Below are positions 52,411 to 62,139 of a DNA stretch of 64,000 nt, in pieces; within the stretch, counting starts at the first letter, position 1, and every line of letters begins with the position of its first letter. Source of the stretch: Deltaproteobacteria bacterium (GTDB lineage Bacteria > Desulfobacterota > SM23-61); the NCBI GenBank assembly GCA_016875165.1, contig VGSF01000002.1, positions 33,033 to 97,032 of the forward strand, given 5' to 3'. The position numbers and the translations under genes are program-made. Below the pieces are notes generated by a model. That model was not told where the DNA came from, made no database searches, and saw only the letters and a program-made list of their open reading frames with translations.

Positions 52411-52560
52411 TTAAGAACTTGTCCGTAAATAGAATTCCCCCCTTTGCAAAGGGGGGGCGAGGGGGGATTTTGCTCGGAAATCCCAAATCAAACAAATCCC
52501 CCTATGTCCCCCTTTTTCAAAGGGGGATTTAAAACCACGACTTATTTAAGGATAAGCTCT
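52411..52560 (+). repeat. ~145-bp MITE 'E', copy 2
   Basis: Same orientation and near-identical sequence to 49371-49514. Confidence 0.75.
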
Positions 52561-52655
52561 AAGAGTTCTTCAAAGGGGGCTGTTTCTTTGGAATCAAATT
52601 TCTCGGCCATCATTATAACCCTTTATCCCCCCTCAAATGAGGTCACTTCTACACC

Positions 52656-53378
52656 TTATTTAACAATATGTTTGTCGGTGCTCTGGGGTTCCTTATCAGA
52701 AAGTTTTTGCAATTTTTTTAGGATGTCATCCAGATAGCTCTCGTATGTGGCCAGGCGGGTTTTTGTTTTACACACCTCTTCGACCAAATGCGCCATTTTT
52801 ATGGCAATAGAAACATGGTAGGCAAAGCTGGAAAAGAATTGCAAACTTTTCTCGTTGAAACTGTACTTTTCATTGATTAGCACCGCACTGAGTACCCCTT
52901 TCATTTTCCCCTGAGGGGGAATGGGAATACTCATGAGGGAAGTGATTTTCGATTCTTTTCCCCTATATTGAAAAAATCCCGAGAAATCCTCTGGTTGTCG
53001 CAACAACACTGGGCTGTTCTGCTGGAAGGCTTTATAGGCTACCTCCTTTTCTTCATTTAGACCTACCTGCCCATATAGTGGATTAAAAGCATAGATAAAA
53101 TGGGTTTCCAGATTCTCGTTCTTCTCATCCACGAAAAAAATTGTAGAGCGGTCTGCCTTCAGGCAGTGCAGGGATTCCTGGGCAATGACTTCAAAGATTT
53201 TGTTTAGGTCTTTGTGGGCGTTGATCATAGAACTAATTTTCAAGAAAGCTGCCTCCAGACGCGTAACATACATCAACGCCTTCTTTCCCTTAAATTCTTG
53301 ATTGATAATCTCCCGCTTTGACAATTGTTTTAAAATGTTCTTAAAAAACATTTTATATGAACTTCCTTTTAACAACAT
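52656..53378 (-). CDS. GAF-domain-like protein
   Basis: 240-aa ORF. IFEVIAQESLHCLKADRSTIFFVDEK and the following segment are GAF-like. Weak assignment. Confidence 0.45.
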   Translation of the reverse strand: MLLKGSSYKMFFKNILKQLSKREIINQEFKGKKALMYVTRLEAAFLKISSMINAHKDLNKIFEVIAQESLHCLKADRSTIFFVDEKNENLETHFIYAFNPLYGQVGLNEEKEVAYKAFQQNSPVLLRQPEDFSGFFQYRGKESKITSLMSIPIPPQGKMKGVLSAVLINEKYSFNEKSLQFFSSFAYHVSIAIKMAHLVEEVCKTKTRLATYESYLDDILKKLQKLSDKEPQSTDKHIVK

Positions 53379-53487
53379 TCCCTATAGGATAAGAGAAGCT
53401 TTGATAGAATTGGTTTGCCTTTATGGCCTCCCTCCTGAATTTTTCTGTTTTCCCTTTCTTTAAAAATTTTATCCTTCCATCCTACAC

Positions 53488-53519
53488 AAAAAAACCCCAT
53501 CTCCTTTTAAGAAATGGGG
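53488..53519 (-). terminator. Intrinsic terminator with no annotated upstream gene
   Basis: On the minus strand: ccccatttc-ttaaaag-gagatgggg followed by T7. Confidence 0.5.
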
Positions 53520-53660
53520 TGTTAATGATCTACAAGCCATTTCTTGAGCGCAAATTAGATCCTCCAAGAACGCGAAAAGTAGAGCGCTAGTGGTGTTTCA
53601 CATATGTTTTGGTATGTTTGTAACCTCGTACATGGCCGTTAAATCTATGGAAAATCATCT

Positions 53661-53963
53661 TTGATGTCTTCGTAAAAAGTCGTCACTCCGGCCTGCCTGT
53701 GCCTGGCAGACAGGTGAAAACCGGAGTCCAGAGGTTTGATAACTCCTTGAAATAACTTGATTGTATAGGAATTTCCTTTTTGGACACGGATGTACACAGA
53801 TTATCGGGATAAAAAAAAGAAATAATTATCTGCGGTTATCTGTGAAAATCTGTGTCCCAATAAATTTAAATAAATTTATTCCGGCTTTCGCCGGAATGCT
53901 GCCTATTCCGGTGATATCGGAATGCCGGGAAAAGGGGCTTTCGGACTTTTTACGAGTTCATCA
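53661..53963. repeat. MITE (TTGATGTCTTCGTAAAAAG...CTTTTTACGAGTTCATCA) carrying a nested second repeat
   Basis: The flanks are colinear with the 8249-8378 copy. An extra ~120 bp (53757-53875: ttgattgtataggaatttccttttt...ctgtgaaaatctgtgtcc) interrupts it. Confidence 0.7.
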
Positions 53964-54856
53964 TCTTTGAAATATAGCCATATTTTTGTGCTACACCACT
54001 AGCCTATTAGTAGGCGAGTTAGCGGGGGTTTAACATTTTGAAGTCTAACAAAAAAGCATTCGCGGATCAAGATGAGATTTTTCATCCTTTGAGCTGGGTT
54101 AATAATAATCTTTTTCCCTCCCATAGAAACTATGCTTTTCCGCAACCTTGCGCGGAAAAAGTGGCCCGCCTCAGGCGGGCAACGAAAAGTCCTGAAATCC
54201 CCCCTAACCCCCCTTTGGCAAAGGGGGGAAGGGGGGATTTATCGGCAGACATTTCCTTCTTACAAACATGTTTGTATTAATGAGGCGCTAAGCGCCTATT
54301 ATTGATCGGTGAAAGGAAAATTGACTAATACCAAAAACCCTGATTCAAGTTTCGTCATAGATTCCTTCCTCAGGATCTTTCCATTCAGAAAAAGCGCTCT
54401 CTGATGCTTTGGAATATGCCATTGTCTCTAAATATTCATGTTATTTGAGATCTAATTCCAAAATCTCAGGCCCAGAAAAGGCCTACTGAGAGAATGGGCG
54501 CTTAAAAAGCTCGTCGGAGCAGTCGCTATCCTCTTAGTCTTTGTATAACCATATATTTGGGGTACCCACTCTAAATCCGGAAGGACCAATTATAAATTTC
54601 CGGGGAAAAAGGGATATCTTGCATTGCCTTATGAGGAAAAGGGGAACGTTGGATCTTAAACAACCAACAGAAAAAACAGGCCACAATTTTCAGGTGACAG
54701 GCTATTTGTGTAGTGTTTCAGTAATATATTTATATATACCGTTATCCCTGAGCTTGTCGAATGGTGAAATATTTCAATAGGTTCCTATCATGGTTCGACA
54801 AGCTCACCACGAACAGTGTGTAAAGGAATTTATGAATCATTATACTAGGACACAAA

Positions 54857-55279
54857 TTAAACGCCTTTTTCTCTTTGGAATAAGGAGTTCAAGGCTTCAA
54901 AAAACTTACCGATCTCATTATCCAAACTGGACCGGATTTGGGGCATGGCCAGGAGGAGTTTCTTAAGCTTTTGCCAATCGAGTTCAAACCCGTACCTTTT
55001 ACGAAATAAATGGCGGAACCCAAGATACTCACGAAGTTTCTTTTCCATCCTGGCAGTTATTACCTGCGGTCGCAGGCCGGGTATATCCAGAGTCATCTGG
55101 TGCAGGAGTTCGCTGTGCCATTCTTCTCCCACAGGTAATCGTTTGTCTACCTCTTTGGCAATACTTTCGAAAATTTTTTCAATACCCGTATAGAAATCGT
55201 GAAGAATCGATCCACCTGCGCGGACGACGTAGTTCGAAGGCTGTCTCTTTAAAAGAGGGTTTTTCTCTTTATCCAGCAT
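54857..55279 (-). CDS. HEPN-domain protein (HepT-like putative toxin)
   Basis: 140 aa with LGFRHLFRKRYG (R-x4-H-like HEPN region), downstream of a minimal nucleotidyltransferase. Confidence 0.55.
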   Translation of the reverse strand: MLDKEKNPLLKRQPSNYVVRAGGSILHDFYTGIEKIFESIAKEVDKRLPVGEEWHSELLHQMTLDIPGLRPQVITARMEKKLREYLGFRHLFRKRYGFELDWQKLKKLLLAMPQIRSSLDNEIGKFFEALNSLFQREKGV

Positions 55280-55326
55280 CTAATTTGTTGATTTCGTCCT
55301 TTGTGGAAAACTCTAAAACTTTGAAG

Positions 55327-55674
55327 TTACGCAAGGCGCAATCCCTCCTTCAAAGCTCTATTTTTAATGGATGGCCACGCCTTCTCATAGGGAATTAGGT
55401 CTACATGAAAGGGATAGGAAATTAGTGAGATATCGGCCAGGATTTCAAAATATCTTTGATCTTCCAGCCCTCTAACGATCAAGTCAATATCTGTTCCTAT
55501 CCACAAAAAATCTGGCCTCCAGATGAGAGAACCAAAAAGAATTACTTCTTCAGCTTGATACTTCTCCTTAAGAGTCTTTGCCACCGCTTTGGCCTTCTTG
55601 ATAGCGAACTGTCTCCTTCTATTTTCTTCTTTCTGCCTTTCTTTCCAGATGCTGAAATATTCAGGATTTTTCAT
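55327..55674 (-). CDS. Minimal nucleotidyltransferase (MNT-type antitoxin)
   Basis: VILFGSLIW...GTDIDLIV (GS...DxD). The start is uncertain (ATG at 55674 or 55683; the listed 55737 is unlikely). Confidence 0.65.
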   Translation of the reverse strand: MKNPEYFSIWKERQKEENRRRQFAIKKAKAVAKTLKEKYQAEEVILFGSLIWRPDFLWIGTDIDLIVRGLEDQRYFEILADISLISYPFHVDLIPYEKAWPSIKNRALKEGLRLA

Positions 55675-55819
55675 AAGATACATTTTAGCATAACTCAGAA
55701 AAAAATAAAAAAGGCAATGTTTGTGTGTCCCTTTCATCCTTGCTTAATAAAAAAGGAGATGGTAAATTATTGGTTGTAACTCGCTGAAAAAGTAAAATAT
55801 TCTGGAGGATACATCTGCC

Positions 55820-56653
55820 ATGCCGGTGATTGATTTTCATATCCATATCGGGGATGCGGGGGGAATGAAGCCCTGGGTGACTTCTTTTTTTCAAAATTAT
55901 GGGAAAGGTTCGGGGGCGGAAGAGGTCATTGGCAAAGATGGGCGGATGGACCCGGCGGCCCTGGTAGGTATGTTACGAAAAAACGGAGTGGATTATGCCG
56001 TAATCCTGGCTGAGCTCAGCCCGATCACCACCGGCATGACCAGCAACGAAGACGTGGCCGAGTTTTGTAAAAGCCGAAAAGAGTTGATTCCCTTTGCCAA
56101 TTTAAACCCTTATCTCAGCAGCCGGCTGGGAGAGGAATTGGAGCGATGTGTTCGGGACCTGGGGATGAGAGGAATAAAGCTTTATCCAACCTATCAGCAG
56201 TTTTATCCCAATGACCGCATGCTTTACCCGCTTTACGCCAAAGCCCAGGATCTCAAGATTCCGGTGATGGTGCACACCGGCTCATCCTTATTCCGCGGCT
56301 CTCGCATGAAGTATGGGGATCCGGTGTTGTTAGATGATGTGGCCGTTGATTTTCCCGAACTCGTCCTGCTTCTGGTGCATAGCGGTCGGGGTTTCTGGTA
56401 TGATGCGGCTTTTTTCCTGGCCCAGCTCCATCCCCATGTATATATGGAAATTGCCGGCCTTCCGCCGCAAAATCTTTTGAAGTATTTTCCGGACCTGGAG
56501 AAGAACGCGGACAAGATTATCTTCGGCTCGGACTGGCCGGGGGTCCCCGGGATCGGCAAGAATATCGAAACTATTCGATCGCTGCCGATCAAAGAAGAAA
56601 CCAAAAGGAAAATTCTGGGAGATACTGCCGCCAGGATTCTCGGAATTCCTTAA
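55820..56653 (+). CDS. Amidohydrolase-2 family metal-dependent hydrolase
   Basis: MPVIDFHIHIG, VHTGS, HSGRG and FGSDWP motifs. Confidence 0.75.
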   Translation: MPVIDFHIHIGDAGGMKPWVTSFFQNYGKGSGAEEVIGKDGRMDPAALVGMLRKNGVDYAVILAELSPITTGMTSNEDVAEFCKSRKELIPFANLNPYLSSRLGEELERCVRDLGMRGIKLYPTYQQFYPNDRMLYPLYAKAQDLKIPVMVHTGSSLFRGSRMKYGDPVLLDDVAVDFPELVLLLVHSGRGFWYDAAFFLAQLHPHVYMEIAGLPPQNLLKYFPDLEKNADKIIFGSDWPGVPGIGKNIETIRSLPIKEETKRKILGDTAARILGIP

Positions 56654-56711
56654 CCGCAGAGACGGCCGGGAGCGCTAAGCAAAGAAATATTTATTTTATG
56701 GGACTTCGTTT

Positions 56712-56977
56712 TTTTGTAACACTTTAGTTCTTTGAAGAAAGGTGTGTCATTAGGGCCAAGGGATTCCAGGTCCCAGGGGACAGACCGGCTCGCTTGGAAT
56801 CATAAGGCGCTGATTTCTCCGTGGATGGGGCGGGGAAGATACCCCCCGCCTCCTCCGGCGGAAACGGGCTTTTATCCTCGATGACAAGGGGAAACCCAAC
56901 CGATGCTTCCGGCGCGTTCCGGCCTGGCCCCCGGGCCCAAACAGAGGCATTGCCGCCATTTTTAAGAAACTCTAAAC
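56712..56977 (-). repeat. ~270-nt structured repeat family R2, copy B
   Basis: Aligns with copies A and C. The long stem here has 2 mismatches and 2 positions that are G-U only in the copy-C orientation. Confidence 0.8.
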
Positions 56978-57082
56978 TGATACGTTTTTTAAAGGCTTTA
57001 GGAACATGATTTAGTTTTTCTCTGGGTTCTCCGCGTACTCTGCGGTGAAGGGTTTTGAAAAATTAAAAGAAGGGAAAAGGTC

Positions 57083-57670
57083 ATGGGGCGTAAGGCAATA
57101 GTTTCCCGCGAAACCAAAGAGACAGCGATAAAAATTGAGTTGAACCTGGACGGAACGGGCATGCAGCGCATCTCCACAACGATTCCCTTCCTTGATCATA
57201 TGCTCAGCCTGCTTGCGGCTCATGGACTCTTTGACCTGACCGTGCAGGCCAAGGGAGACACGGATATTGATTTTCATCATACGGTGGAAGACGTGGGCAT
57301 TTGCCTGGGAAAGGCTCTGAAGCAGGCCGTAGGCGGGAAAGAAGGAATTAGGCGGTACGGCTCGGCCTTTATTCCCATGGATGAGAGCCTGGCCTCTGTG
57401 CACATAGATCTTTCGGGGCGCCCATACCTGGTCTATGACCTGCCGTTGCGCAGAAGAAAGATCGGAGATTTCGACACGGAGTTGGTAAAGGAATTTTTCC
57501 AGGCCCTGGCCAACAATGCAGCCATAACCCTTCATGCGAAAGCGGCCTACGGGAGCAATGGACATCACATGGTGGAAGCACTATTCAAGGCCTTCGGCAG
57601 GGCCTTACGCCAGGCTGTGTCGCCGGATGAACGGGTGCGGGGTGTTCCTTCAACCAAAGGGAAATTATGA
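57083..57670 (+). CDS. hisB: Imidazoleglycerol-phosphate dehydratase
   Basis: [48 protein letters not shown]. Confidence 0.9.
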   Translation: MGRKAIVSRETKETAIKIELNLDGTGMQRISTTIPFLDHMLSLLAAHGLFDLTVQAKGDTDIDFHHTVEDVGICLGKALKQAVGGKEGIRRYGSAFIPMDESLASVHIDLSGRPYLVYDLPLRRRKIGDFDTELVKEFFQALANNAAITLHAKAAYGSNGHHMVEALFKAFGRALRQAVSPDERVRGVPSTKGKL

Positions 57671-58305
57671 TCGCCATCGTTGATTATGGCATGGGTAATT
57701 TGCGCAGCGTAAACAAGGCGTTTGAACGAGTTGGCTTCCAGGCTTTGGTAACCCAGGACCCGGGTGAGGTGAAGAAGGCTTCCGGCCTGGTCGTTCCGGG
57801 GGTGGGCGCTTTCAAAAAGGCCATGGAAAACCTTCAGGAGATAGGATTGATTGACCCCATCGTGGATTTCATTGAAAGCGGAAAACCGTTCCTGGGCATC
57901 TGCCTGGGCCTGCAACTCCTTTTTTCCGGAAGCGAAGAATTTGGCTTTCAGAGAGGGCTGGGGATTTTCCAGGGGCGGGTGGTTCGCTTTCCTTTTTCCG
58001 ATCCGGCGGAAGTGAAGCTTAAAAAATCACTGAAAGTCCCGCACATGGGGTGGAATGCTCTGCATATCCATAAACGCCCGCCGGCCCTAAAGGGCATCGA
58101 AGAAGGAACATATTTTTATTTTGTGCATTCTTATTTTCCTGTTCCTGAAGATCGGGAGATTGTGGCCACCACCACGGATTATGGAGAAGAATTTGTTTCC
58201 AGCGTCTGCCGGGGGAATCTTTTTGCCTGCCAGTTCCATCCTGAGAAGAGCCAGGCCGCGGGTTTAAAGATCCTGCAAAACTTTGGGCGCATGGTGTATC
58301 GATGA
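57667..58305 (+). CDS. hisH: Imidazole glycerol phosphate synthase, glutamine amidotransferase subunit
   Basis: [24 protein letters not shown] (catalytic Cys), QFHPEKS. Confidence 0.9.
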   Translation: MIAIVDYGMGNLRSVNKAFERVGFQALVTQDPGEVKKASGLVVPGVGAFKKAMENLQEIGLIDPIVDFIESGKPFLGICLGLQLLFSGSEEFGFQRGLGIFQGRVVRFPFSDPAEVKLKKSLKVPHMGWNALHIHKRPPALKGIEEGTYFYFVHSYFPVPEDREIVATTTDYGEEFVSSVCRGNLFACQFHPEKSQAAGLKILQNFGRMVYR

Positions 58306-58964
58306 AATATTACCCCGTACTGCTTAATCTCTACGGGAAACTTTGCGTGGTAGTGGGCGGGGGGCCGGTGGCTGAACGAAAAGTCCGCAGCCTCCTTCGC
58401 TCCGGAGCCCGGGTCAAAGTGGTCAGCCCGAGATTGAGCCAGGCTCTTTCCCGTTTTAAAAATAGCGGGAAAATCACTCACCAACCCCGCCCCTTCCGCT
58501 CCGGGGATTTGCGCGGCGCCTTCCTGGCCATTGCCGCAACCGATGAACGCAGGGCGAATGAACGCGTTTTTCGCCAGGCAATCAGCCTGAAGATCCCGGT
58601 CAATGTGGTTGATGACCCGGCCTTAAGCAGTTTTATCGTTCCATCGGTCATAGAAAGAGGGGACCTGCTGATAGCTATTTCGACATCCGGACAGAGCCCG
58701 GCCCTGGCCAAAGCTCTCAGGCAAAAGCTTAAGAAGGAATTTGGGCCTGAGTATGCCTTTTTTCTTAAGCTTCTGGGAGCCGTGCGCCAGAAAATAATAG
58801 CCATGGGGTTGGGCCAGAAGCGCAACCAGAAAATGTTTAAGAATTTAGTCAGGGGCGATCTTCTTTCCCTGATTCGGCAAAAAGATTTCAAGGGCGTAGA
58901 GACAGGGATAGAAAGTTTATCAGGTCTTAAAATTACTTTGAAAGAGTTGGGGCTTAGGCCATGA
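58302..58964 (+). CDS. Precorrin-2 dehydrogenase / sirohydrochlorin ferrochelatase (SirC / CysG N-terminal-like)
   Basis: Rossmann VVVGGGPVAERKVRSLL, ISTSGQSPALAKALRQKL. Confidence 0.8.
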   Translation: MKYYPVLLNLYGKLCVVVGGGPVAERKVRSLLRSGARVKVVSPRLSQALSRFKNSGKITHQPRPFRSGDLRGAFLAIAATDERRANERVFRQAISLKIPVNVVDDPALSSFIVPSVIERGDLLIAISTSGQSPALAKALRQKLKKEFGPEYAFFLKLLGAVRQKIIAMGLGQKRNQKMFKNLVRGDLLSLIRQKDFKGVETGIESLSGLKITLKELGLRP

Positions 58965-59776
58965 ACATAATTTTTTTTATGGCAGCTCTAATTATTTACC
59001 TCTTGGGCACAGCAGCCTCTCTGGCTTACCTAGTATCCCTGCGCCGGCTCTTTTCCAAATTGGGGAAATTCACCCTGGCAGCGGGGTTCGCCGTTCACTC
59101 GGCAGCCCTGGTTGTAAGGTACCTCGAAGCCGGTTACACACCCATCACCAACCTGCATGAATCCCTCTCCTTTTTCGCCTGGTCGATAGTTGGGGTTTAT
59201 CTGGTTATAAATGTCAAATATCAGGTGGAAGTTCTGGCGGCGTTCGTCTCCCCGGTGGCCGCAGTACTGATCATCCTGGCCTCCCTTTTTCCCAAAGAGA
59301 TATTGCCTCTGGCTCCGGTTCTGGAAAGCTACTGGCTGCCCATTCATGTGACCCTGGCGTTTTTCGGGAACGCCATGTTTACCCTGGCTTTTGCCGCCGG
59401 GGTCATGTACCTGATCCAGGAACGGCAGATTAAATCCAAAAAAATCGGAGCTTTTTATCACCGCCTGCCTGCTCTCAAGATACTTGATGACTTGAACTAC
59501 CGCTGCCTGACCTTCGGCTTTCCCCTGTTGACCCTGGGGATCATCAGCGGTTCGGTCTGGGCCGAAAGCGCCTGGGGAGCCTACTGGAGCTGGGACCCCA
59601 AAGAAACCTGGTCGCTTATCACCTGGTTCCTTTACGCCGCCCTCCTCCACGGGAGGTTGACCGTGGGATGGCGCGGGCGCAGAGCAGCCATATTCGCCAT
59701 TGTGGGATTCGCTGTTCTGGTCTTTACTTTCCTGGGGGTGAACCTTCTTCTGACCGGCCTGCATGCGTATAATTAA
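58961..59776 (+). CDS. Cytochrome c assembly protein (CcsA/ResC-like; hemX-position gene)
   Basis: Multi-TM protein with the W-rich motif WGAYWSWDPKETWSLITW. Sits upstream of hemA. Confidence 0.75.
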   Translation: MNIIFFMAALIIYLLGTAASLAYLVSLRRLFSKLGKFTLAAGFAVHSAALVVRYLEAGYTPITNLHESLSFFAWSIVGVYLVINVKYQVEVLAAFVSPVAAVLIILASLFPKEILPLAPVLESYWLPIHVTLAFFGNAMFTLAFAAGVMYLIQERQIKSKKIGAFYHRLPALKILDDLNYRCLTFGFPLLTLGIISGSVWAESAWGAYWSWDPKETWSLITWFLYAALLHGRLTVGWRGRRAAIFAIVGFAVLVFTFLGVNLLLTGLHAYN

Positions 59777-59780
59777 GAAA

Positions 59781-59851
59781 GAGGTCAGAGGTCGGAAGTC
59801 AGAGGTCAGAGGTCAGAAGTCAGAGATCAGAAGTCAGAGGGCAGAAGTTAG
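59781..59851. repeat. Tandem octamer repeat, about 9 x (A/G)GTCAGA(G/A)
   Basis: Sequence gaggtcagaggtcggaagtcagaggtcagaggtcagaagtcagagatcagaagtcagagggcagaagttaga. A partial inverted partner ttctgacccctgaattctg lies at 59886-59904. Confidence 0.75.
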
Positions 59852-59924
59852 AATAATGGAGCATAGTTACATCAGCTATGCTGTATTCTGACCCCTGAAT
59901 TCTGTATTCTTTATTTGCCAAGGT

Positions 59925-61205
59925 ATGGAAATTATTTTAATCGGGTTAAGCCATAAGACTGCTCCCGTGGAAATCCGGGAAAAATTTTCAATTCCCGCAG
60001 ATCAGATGGGAGATTTTCGCAGCCGGCTGGCCGGCCTGGCCGGTGTACGGGAAAATATGTTCCTCTCCACCTGTAACCGGATGGAAGTATTGAGTGTGGT
60101 GGAGGACAGGGAGGAGAGCGCCGGCCGGATAAAGGATTTTTTGGGGGGAGTTGCCGGCATGTCCGGCGACGAACTCACCCCTTACCTCTATGTCTGCAAA
60201 GGGGAGGAGGCAGTGGCCCACCTTTTCCGGGTTACGGCAAGCCTGGATTCGATGGTCCTGGGGGAACCACAGATATTAGGACAGGTGAAAGAGGCCTACA
60301 GGCAAGCCGTGGAAAACAAAGCCGCGGGTTTAGTTTTGAATAAGCTCTTCCACCGCTCTTTCTTTGTGGCCAAACGCGTCCGCACGGAGACGAAGATTGC
60401 CAGCCAGGCTGTTTCAGTGAGTTTTGCGGCCGTGGAGCTGGCCAAAAAGATCATGGGCAGCCTGAATGATAAGCGAGCCATGCTCGTCGGCGCAGGAGAA
60501 ATGTCCGAGCTGGCCGCCAGGCATCTCATCAGCCAGGGAGTGCGCGAAATCATCGTGGCCAACCGCACCCATTCCCGGGCCTTGGAGCTTGCCCAGAGCC
60601 TTAGGGGCAAGGCCATCCCCTTCGCCGACTTTCCCGGGATGTTAAAAGACGTGGACATTGTGTTGAGCTCAACCGGATCAGCTCATTACATCATCCATAA
60701 GGAACATCTGACGGGAATAATCCGCGCCCGCAAAAACAAGCCGATGTTTTTCATTGACATCGCCGTACCCAGGGACGTGGACCCGGCGATCAACGAAATC
60801 GAAAACGTCTACGTTTACGACATCGATGATCTGCAAGGGGTAGTGGAGTCGAACAAAGAAGATAGAAGGAAAGAAATTCAGAAGGCTGAGGAAATCGTCC
60901 GGCAGGGGGTGGAAGCATTCCAGCGCTGGCTGAGCAGCCTGGAAGTGGTCCCGACTATTTTGGAACTTCGCCAGCGCCTGGAAAAAATACGGCAGCGGGA
61001 GGTAGAGAAGACCCTAACCCTGTTGAAAAACGCTTCGAAAGATGAACGGAAAATTTTAGACATTCTTACTCAATCGATTATCAACAAAATCCTCCATCAC
61101 CCCATCTCCCTGCTGAAACATCAGGAGGGGAGGGGCGAGGGGAAGCTTTATGTGGATTTGACCAGGAAAATTTTTCACCTGGATAATGAAGAAGAAGATG
61201 ACTGA
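59925..61205 (+). CDS. hemA: Glutamyl-tRNA reductase
   Basis: GLSHKTAPVEIREKF, STCNRMEV, NAD-binding MLVGAGEMSE. Confidence 0.9.
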   Translation: MEIILIGLSHKTAPVEIREKFSIPADQMGDFRSRLAGLAGVRENMFLSTCNRMEVLSVVEDREESAGRIKDFLGGVAGMSGDELTPYLYVCKGEEAVAHLFRVTASLDSMVLGEPQILGQVKEAYRQAVENKAAGLVLNKLFHRSFFVAKRVRTETKIASQAVSVSFAAVELAKKIMGSLNDKRAMLVGAGEMSELAARHLISQGVREIIVANRTHSRALELAQSLRGKAIPFADFPGMLKDVDIVLSSTGSAHYIIHKEHLTGIIRARKNKPMFFIDIAVPRDVDPAINEIENVYVYDIDDLQGVVESNKEDRRKEIQKAEEIVRQGVEAFQRWLSSLEVVPTILELRQRLEKIRQREVEKTLTLLKNASKDERKILDILTQSIINKILHHPISLLKHQEGRGEGKLYVDLTRKIFHLDNEEEDD

Positions 61206-62139
61206 TAAGCGTCATAAAAGTACGCTCCGGCTGGGCACCCGGGCCAGCCTTTTGGCTTTGCGCCAGGCCAACTGGATAAAACATAAGCTGGAAGACCAAT
61301 ACCCGGAAGTTGAGGTGGACTTAGTGCACATCAAAACTGAGGGAGATAAGATTGATGTTCCCCTCTTTGCTCTGGGGGGAAAAGGACTGTTCGTCAAGGA
61401 GATTGAGGAAGCCTTGCTCCGGGGTGAAGTGGATATGGCCGTACACAGCGGCAAAGATCTTCCCGTCGTCATGCCGCAAGCGCTGGCCCTGATCGCTTTT
61501 CCGGAGAGGGAAGATCCCCGGGATATTCTCATTTCCAGAAATGGCCGGCCCTTCGCTGAAATTCCTCCAGGAGGAAAAGTGGGGACGAGCAGCCTTAGAA
61601 GGCAGGCCCAGCTTCTTTATTTGCGCCCGGACCTGAAAATCGTCCCCCTGCGGGGCAATCTGGACACGCGTATCAAGAAACTTTCGTCGTTAAATCTGGA
61701 TGCCGTTATCCTGGCTTCAGCGGGTTTGCGCCGGATGGGATGGGAGGACCGGGTATCAGAATTCTTCGAACCCGAAGTGATGCTGCCGGCCATTGGCCAG
61801 GGAGTTTTGGCCATCGAAGCCCGGGTAAAGGATGAGCGGGTTCATCATCTGTTGGCTTTCCTGAACCATCTCCCCACCCAACTATCCTTAATGGCTGAGA
61901 GGGCGTTTCTTAAGAGATTGGGGGGAGGATGTCAGGTGCCCATTGCCGGATTGGCCCAGGTTAGCGCCGACAGATTGCATTTGACCGGTCTTGTAGCTAC
62001 GTTAGACGGACAAAAGGTAGTGCGCGGGAAAGTAGAGGGTCATTTATCGAAGGGTGAAGATATAGGTGGAGAACTGGCTGAAGAATTAATGGAGAAAGGG
62101 GCCAGGGAGATTTTAAGCGAGGTTTATAAAAAGGGATGA
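61186..62139 (+). CDS. hemC: Hydroxymethylbilane synthase (porphobilinogen deaminase)
   Basis: LRLGTRASLLALRQA, GNLDTR, GGCQVPIAG. Overlaps the hemA end; the start could also be 61198. Confidence 0.9.
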   Translation: MKKKMTDKRHKSTLRLGTRASLLALRQANWIKHKLEDQYPEVEVDLVHIKTEGDKIDVPLFALGGKGLFVKEIEEALLRGEVDMAVHSGKDLPVVMPQALALIAFPEREDPRDILISRNGRPFAEIPPGGKVGTSSLRRQAQLLYLRPDLKIVPLRGNLDTRIKKLSSLNLDAVILASAGLRRMGWEDRVSEFFEPEVMLPAIGQGVLAIEARVKDERVHHLLAFLNHLPTQLSLMAERAFLKRLGGGCQVPIAGLAQVSADRLHLTGLVATLDGQKVVRGKVEGHLSKGEDIGGELAEELMEKGAREILSEVYKKG

